Shown: positions 58,832-64,000 of the stretch, piece after piece
Numbering within the stretch: position 1 is the first letter of the stretch
Layout: each line of letters opens with the position of its first letter
Source of the DNA: an uncultured delta proteobacterium
GTDB lineage: Bacteria > Myxococcota_A > Polyangia > Polyangiales > Polyangiaceae
Direction of reading: 5' to 3'
DNA length: 64,000 nucleotides
Assembly: GCA_963806225.1 (NCBI GenBank)
Contig: CAWDXG010000004.1
Coordinates: 3,968,001-4,032,000 of the forward strand
Program-made: the position numbers and the translations under genes
Notes under the pieces: model-generated
The model's database searches: none
What the model was told of the DNA's origin: nothing
What the model saw: the letters and a program-made list of their open reading frames with translations, nothing else

Positions 58832-60558
58832 TCAGTAGCGCAGACTCATCGGCTCGCCCCCGATAGTCCGCACCGGCACGTACGCCGGCTCCCACACGAT
58901 GTTCCGGACAACGTCTTCCACCTCGTCGGGGCGGAAACGCCGGCCGAGGTTGTTCTCGCTCGCGTAGCGCACGACGGCGCAGGCGATCGCGAAGCTGACG
59001 CGGCGCAGCTCGCTCTGGTCCGGGTAGATAGCGCCGAGCGCGAGCCGCTCGGGGCCGACCATTCCGGCGACCGTTGCCGAGGCGATGTGGAACATCTCCG
59101 TCGTGATCTCGCGCGCCTCGGCGATGGCGGCGCCGAGCCCCACGCCAGGGAAGATGAACACGTTGTTCGCCTGGCCGATCACGTGACGCCGGCCGCCGAA
59201 CTCCACATCGTCGAAGGGGCTGCCGGTCGCGACGATGGCGCGCCCTTCGCTCCAGCTGATCGCCTGCTCGGCCGTGCACTCCGCCTTGCTCGTGGGGTTG
59301 CTGAGCGGCAGCACGATGGGCCGTGCGGCGTGCTTCGCCATGGCCTCGATCATCTCGCGGGTGAACGTATCGGCGCGCGCGGTGGCGCCGACCAGCACGG
59401 TCGGCTTCACGGCGTTGATCACGTCCACCGGCGTCGCGTCCGGCTCGATACCGTACTCGGCCATCACCTCGCGCGGCAGCGCCAGCTCGCGCTTGTGCGG
59501 CGCCTTGAATTCGCGACCTTCGTGCAGGAGCCCGCGGCTGTCGAACGCGATCAGAGCGCGGCGGATGGCGGCGTCGTCGGCTCCGTCGGCGCGCATCGCC
59601 AGCGCGCACAGCCGCGCGATGCCCGTGCACGCCGCGCCCGCGCCGATGAACAGCACGCGCTGGTCGGCCATGCGCTGCTCCGTCACGCGGAGCGCCGCCA
59701 GGATCCCCGCCACGGTGACGCTCGCCGTGCCCTGGATGTCGTCGTTGAACGAGGTCAGACGCTGCCGATAGCGCTCGAGCAGCACGAAGGCGCGATCCTT
59801 GTGGAAGTCCTCCCACTGCAGGATAGCGCGCGGGTATACCTCGCGCACGCGCGCGCACGAAGGCTTCGATGAACTCGTCGTACTCGCGCCCGCGCAGGCG
59901 CTTCTTCGGATAGCCAAGGTAGAGCGGATCGGCGAGCAGCTCCGGGTTGTCGGTGCCAACGTCGAGGCTGATGGGCAGGCACTTCGAGGGATGAATGCCG
60001 GCGCCCGCGACGTACAGCGCCAGCTTGCCGATCGGGATGCCCATGCCGCCGCAACCCTGGTCGCCGAGCCCGAGGATGCGCTCGTTGTCGGTCGCCACGA
60101 TCAGCCGGATGTCGTGGTACGGCGAGTTCCTGAGCACGCTTTGGATGTCGTCCACGTCGTCCGGCGTGATCCAGAGCCCGCGCGCAGTGCGGTAGATGTG
60201 GCTGAACTTCTGGCATGCCTCGCCGACCGTTGGCGTGTACACGATGGGCATCAGCTCGGCGACGTGGTCGACCAGCACGCGGTAGAACAGCACCTCGTTG
60301 CGGTCGTGCAGGGCGGCCAGGCCGATGTACTTCTCGAGCGCCGTGCCCTTCGCGCGGGTCTGCCCGATAGCGGCCGTGGCCTGCTCCTCGAGCGAGGTCA
60401 CGCGGTACGGCATCATGCCGCGCACGCGCAACTGGTCGCGCTGCGCGCGGTCGAACGCCGTGCCCTGGTTGGTGGACGGATTTGTAGAGCAGCCACACCC
60501 CCGCCTTGCGGGTCTCGATCAGCTTGGCGCCGCGCAGGTCTTCCAGCGAGTCGGACAT
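58832..60558 (-). CDS. NAD-dependent malic enzyme; one-base insertions at ~60482 and ~59853
   Basis: [51 protein letters not shown]. Confidence 0.92.
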
Positions 60559-60622
60559 GACCGCAAGGTACGGCCGCAAGCCTGCCGCTCCAAGCGGCCC
60601 GGTTGCGGAGAGATGACGCCGC

Positions 60623-60734
60623 TCAGCCGGCGAGCTCGCGGCGCACGATTTCCGCGCCGCGCACCATCGATGCGGTCGACGAGCCAGTCGGGCTGGACGT
60701 AGCTGCCGACAACGGTGGTGGGAAGCAATGCCAT
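60623..60734 (-). pseudogene. Collapsed cobalamin-independent methionine synthase II-like gene (termini only)
   Basis: MALLPTTVVGSYVQPDWLVDR joined out of frame to SMVRGAEIVRRELAG*. Confidence 0.6.
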
Positions 60735-60768
60735 GGCTTCGGGCGGTACCACGGCTACACTAGCGCAC

Positions 60769-61611
60769 GTGTTGCGCCCGAATTCCATAGCACCCGGCGT
60801 CGAGGGCTTTGCCGCCCGCACGCCTACCCTGCCGCCGGCGACGCACACGAACAGCTACGCGCTCGGTGCGCGGGAGCTGTTGCTGGTGGAGCCCGCCACG
60901 CCGTACGCAGAAGAGCAGCGCGCGTGGCTCGACTGGGCGCGCTCGCTGGTGTCGCAGGGGCGGCAGCTCCGCGCGGTCTTCGTGACGCACCACCACGTGG
61001 ATCACGTGGGCGGCGCGGCGGCGCTGTCCAGCGAGCTGGGCGTGCCGCTGTGGGGCCACGAGCTCACCGCCGAGCGGCTGCCGAAGCTCCGGTTCGAGCG
61101 GCGGCTGGGGGACGGCGACGTGATCACGCTGGAAGGCCAGGAGCCGCAGCGCTGGGAGGTGCTGCACACGCCGGGCCACGCGCCGGGGCACCTGTGCCTG
61201 CTGGAGCGACAGAGCGGCCATCTCGTCGTCGGCGACATGGTCGCCAGCGAGGGCACCATCCTGATCGAGCCGAACGATGGCGACATGGCGGTCTACCTCG
61301 CCCAGCTCGAACGGCTCGCCGCGCTCGGGGCCAAGCGAGCCCTGCCCGCCCATGGCGCGCCGATCGAGGACCCAACGGCCCTGTTCCGCTACTACGTCGC
61401 GCATCGGCTGGAGCGCGAGAGCAAGGTGCTGGAAGCGCTGCGCACAGCGGGCAGCGGAGGTGCTAGACCGGAAGACCTCGTGCCGATCGCCTACAGCGAC
61501 ACTCCGAAGCAGGCCTGGCCGCTCGCTGTCCTCAGCCTCGCCGCCCATCTGGGCAAGCTGGTTCACGACGGGGCAGCGCGCTCCGACGGGAAAAGGTACT
61601 TTTCCCCGTGA
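60769..61611 (+). CDS. MBL-fold metallo-hydrolase (LACTB2-like)
   Basis: THHHVDH, TPGH, GD, PAHG, C-terminal winged helix. Confidence 0.9.
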   Translation: MLRPNSIAPGVEGFAARTPTLPPATHTNSYALGARELLLVEPATPYAEEQRAWLDWARSLVSQGRQLRAVFVTHHHVDHVGGAAALSSELGVPLWGHELTAERLPKLRFERRLGDGDVITLEGQEPQRWEVLHTPGHAPGHLCLLERQSGHLVVGDMVASEGTILIEPNDGDMAVYLAQLERLAALGAKRALPAHGAPIEDPTALFRYYVAHRLERESKVLEALRTAGSGGARPEDLVPIAYSDTPKQAWPLAVLSLAAHLGKLVHDGAARSDGKRYFSP

Positions 61612-61832
61612 AAGGCGGCACCGACGCGGATTTCGAGCGGGGTTTCGTGGCCATGGGCTACGCGCTCGGCCAGCGCGGCGACGCGCTGCTGGAGCCGTTG
61701 GGCGAGCCGTCGCTGTCCGCAAGAGCGCTCGGCCAGGCGCTGGCGCATCCCGAGCGCGGCGCGCGCGCCCAGGTGCTCGCCGCCGAGCTCGCACGGCTCG
61801 TCCATGCGCTCGGGGAGCGGAGGATCCGGTGA
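61608..61832 (+). CDS. Small hypothetical protein coupled to the SctL/FliH-like gene
   Basis: GTGA overlaps at both ends. Confidence 0.55.
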   Translation: MKGGTDADFERGFVAMGYALGQRGDALLEPLGEPSLSARALGQALAHPERGARAQVLAAELARLVHALGERRIR

Positions 61833-62486
61833 CACTGTCGCGAGGTCGGGTGATCCCGGCGAGCGAGCTGGGCAACGCCGTTCCCGTCGCAGCCGGCCGC
61901 CGCGGGGGTCTGCCGCGCGGGCGCGTCGCCCCGCGCGAGGTCGTCGACGCGGCCGACCGGGCACGCGAGATCGTGGCGGCGGCCGAAGAGCAGGCCGCGA
62001 CGATCCTCGCCGAAGCCCAGCGCGAAGCAGCCCAGGTCCGGCTGCGCGCCGAGGAAGAGGGCCGCGCCGAGGCAGCCGCCGAGGTCGCCGCACGCGCTCT
62101 GGCGCTCGCCGATCACGAGGCACGCGCCGACGAGCGGCAGCTCGACCGCGCGGTCGAGCTGGCCCGGATCCTGGCCGAGCGGCTGCTCGGCGAGCAGCTC
62201 CAGCTCGATCCCGGCCGGGTTGTCGCCCTCGCTCGCGAGGCGCTGGCCGAGGCCCGCGGCTCACGCCGGGTCACGATCGTTGCCCATCCGGAAGATGTTC
62301 GCAGTGCTCGAGCGCTGCCTGGATGCGCTCGGGCTCGACCCAGCCACCAGCCGGATCCAGGCTGATACGACACGGGCACGCGGCAACCTACGTCTCGAGA
62401 CCGACATCGGCGTACTGGACGCCGAGCTCAGCCCCCAGCTCGAACGCCTGGCACTCAAGCTCCGGCAAACCCTCGACCGCGGCTAA
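61829..62486 (+). CDS. FliH/SctL family protein; one-base insertion at ~62298
   Basis: A..IVAAA..A..EEG coiled coil, IVAHPED, RG.LRLETDIGVLDA. Confidence 0.8.
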
Positions 62487-62507
62487 CGACTTTCCCCAAC
62501 CGAACAC

Positions 62508-63536
62508 ATGAGCTCCAGCGATTCCGACTACGGCCGCTTTCCCCCGCCGCCCGGGCCGCCGCCAGAGGCACTGGCCGCCACGGCCGTGCCCGGCGCGCTC
62601 AGCGAGCGCGAGGAGGAAGAGCGCGTCCGCTTCAAGTGGTGGAAGAACGCCGTCCTGTTCGTGCTGACCGTGGTCAGCGTCTTCTGGGTGGGCGCGACCA
62701 TGTGGGGGCTCGGCACGAGGGCGTGGGAGTTCGCGGTGCCGCTGCTCGCGATCCTGATCGCGCACGAGTCGGGCCACTACGTCGCCGCGCGCATCCACCG
62801 GGTGCCGGCCTCGCTGCCCTACTTCATCCCGCTGCCGATCCTCAATCCGTTCGGCACGCTGGGCGCGGTGATCCTGATGCCGGGGCGCATCCGCTCGCGC
62901 AACGCGCTGCTCGACATCGGCGCGGCCGGTCCGCTTGCTGGCATGATCGTCGCGGTGCCCGTGATGCTGTACGGGCTGTCGCTCTCGACGCTCGGCCCCG
63001 TCAGCACGCACAATTACATCCAGGAAGGCCAGTGCCTCCTGTACTGGGGGCTCAAGTACGCCGTATTCGGCCATATTCCGGCGGGACAGGACGTGTACCT
63101 GCACCCCACCGCACTCGCGGCGTGGGTCGGCTTCCTCGTCACATTCCTGAACATGCTGCCCTTCGGACAGCTCGACGGCGGACACGTCGCCTTCGCCCTG
63201 GCCGGCGATCGCCAGAACCGCCTCGCACGCTGGATGCTGTACGTGCCGCTGGCGCTGGTCGTCTACAACTTCGTCAAGTACGCCTGGCCCGCAATCGCCC
63301 GTGGCCTGGGCCACGGCTTCGGCACGCTCGGCATCGACGACTTTCTGCCGGGCATCAGCTCCGTGGTCAACTGGTTGGTGCTGTTCGGGCTGCTCTACTG
63401 GATGAAGCGCGCCTCCGGCTCGTCGCATCCGCCCGTCGACGACAACACCCTCTCGCCCTCGCGCCGCATCGTTGCCGCAGCAACGCTCGCACTCTTCGTA
63501 CTCCTGTTCATGCCGTCGCCCTGGGTGTCGTTCTAG
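62508..63536 (+). CDS. Site-2 protease (peptidase M50)
   Basis: AHESGH, AAGPLAG, NMLPFGQLDGGH. Confidence 0.92.
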   Translation: MSSSDSDYGRFPPPPGPPPEALAATAVPGALSEREEEERVRFKWWKNAVLFVLTVVSVFWVGATMWGLGTRAWEFAVPLLAILIAHESGHYVAARIHRVPASLPYFIPLPILNPFGTLGAVILMPGRIRSRNALLDIGAAGPLAGMIVAVPVMLYGLSLSTLGPVSTHNYIQEGQCLLYWGLKYAVFGHIPAGQDVYLHPTALAAWVGFLVTFLNMLPFGQLDGGHVAFALAGDRQNRLARWMLYVPLALVVYNFVKYAWPAIARGLGHGFGTLGIDDFLPGISSVVNWLVLFGLLYWMKRASGSSHPPVDDNTLSPSRRIVAAATLALFVLLFMPSPWVSF

Positions 63537-63707
63537 CGATCTCCGCGGCAAATCCAACCTGCCGGGTCAGCCTGCTGTCCGACATGTCCAGTGGAATTAT
63601 CGCCTCCGAGCGGTGTTGCTTGAGCCTTCCATCACGACCCCCGTACACTGCTGTTCGAGCGGCCGGGTTGCCGGCTGTCTCCAGCTTTTCTCCAATCGGA
63701 GGTCCAG

Positions 63708-64000
63708 ATGCATAGGCTCGCCTGGGGGGCACTCGCGTCATTCGGAATCGTGGTCGCGGTGGGGTGCTCGTCGGGCGGTCCCGGCAAGCTTCCCCCGACC
63801 GCCCTCTCGCACCAGGCGATCACGAACGGCAGCCCGGACACGACGCACCAGGGCGTCATGTACCTGCTTGACCATACGCACGGCGCGGCGTGCAGCGGCT
63901 CTGTCGTAGCGGTCAAGAACACCTACGGCTTCCTGCTCACGGCTGCGCACTGCGTGCTGGGCGAGCCGAGCAAGGGCATCCCCGCGCCGTCCATCAGCGA
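63708..64000 (+). CDS. Trypsin-like serine protease lipoprotein (runs off the window)
   Basis: RBS GGAGG, lipobox AVGC, ITNG, CSGS, LLTAAHC. Confidence 0.85.
   Translation, partial: MHRLAWGALASFGIVVAVGCSSGGPGKLPPTALSHQAITNGSPDTTHQGVMYLLDHTHGAACSGSVVAVKNTYGFLLTAAHCVLGEPSKGIPAPSIS

Overview
High-GC bacterial DNA, most likely Myxococcota (Polyangiales-like). This is inferred from a MYXO-CTERM sorting tail, many Gly/Ser-linker Cys-rich lipoproteins, and AgmX/PglI- and DUF6178-like proteins. The right half (~30-64 kb) is mostly ordinary chromosome: tdk, mfd, purC, thiolase, malic enzyme, LysR, CocE/NonD hydrolase, PAS kinase, VWA lipoproteins, SctL/FliH-like and M50 protease. The left half (~5-30 kb) is an accessory mosaic of small genes, TA parts and gene remnants, with three notable structures. 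(i) Four same-orientation copies of a ~150-bp hairpin-rich repeat (R1-R4), two of which flank an HNH endonuclease gene. (ii) Six copies of the perfect 14-bp palindrome CCGCGCCGGCGCGG, found only in and just upstream of that HNH gene. (iii) Diverged copies of the 3' parts of two divergent 'anchor' genes (an SLT-like lipoprotein and a HerA/DUF87-like ATPase) left as scars between downstream accessory genes, with no integrase in the window. An internally deleted IS1202-family element with a 16-bp target duplication sits upstream of the HNH gene. Seven single-base insertions in otherwise intact genes look like sequencing errors. No rRNA, tRNA or CRISPR array was recognised. All family assignments come from motif recognition by eye, not database searches.
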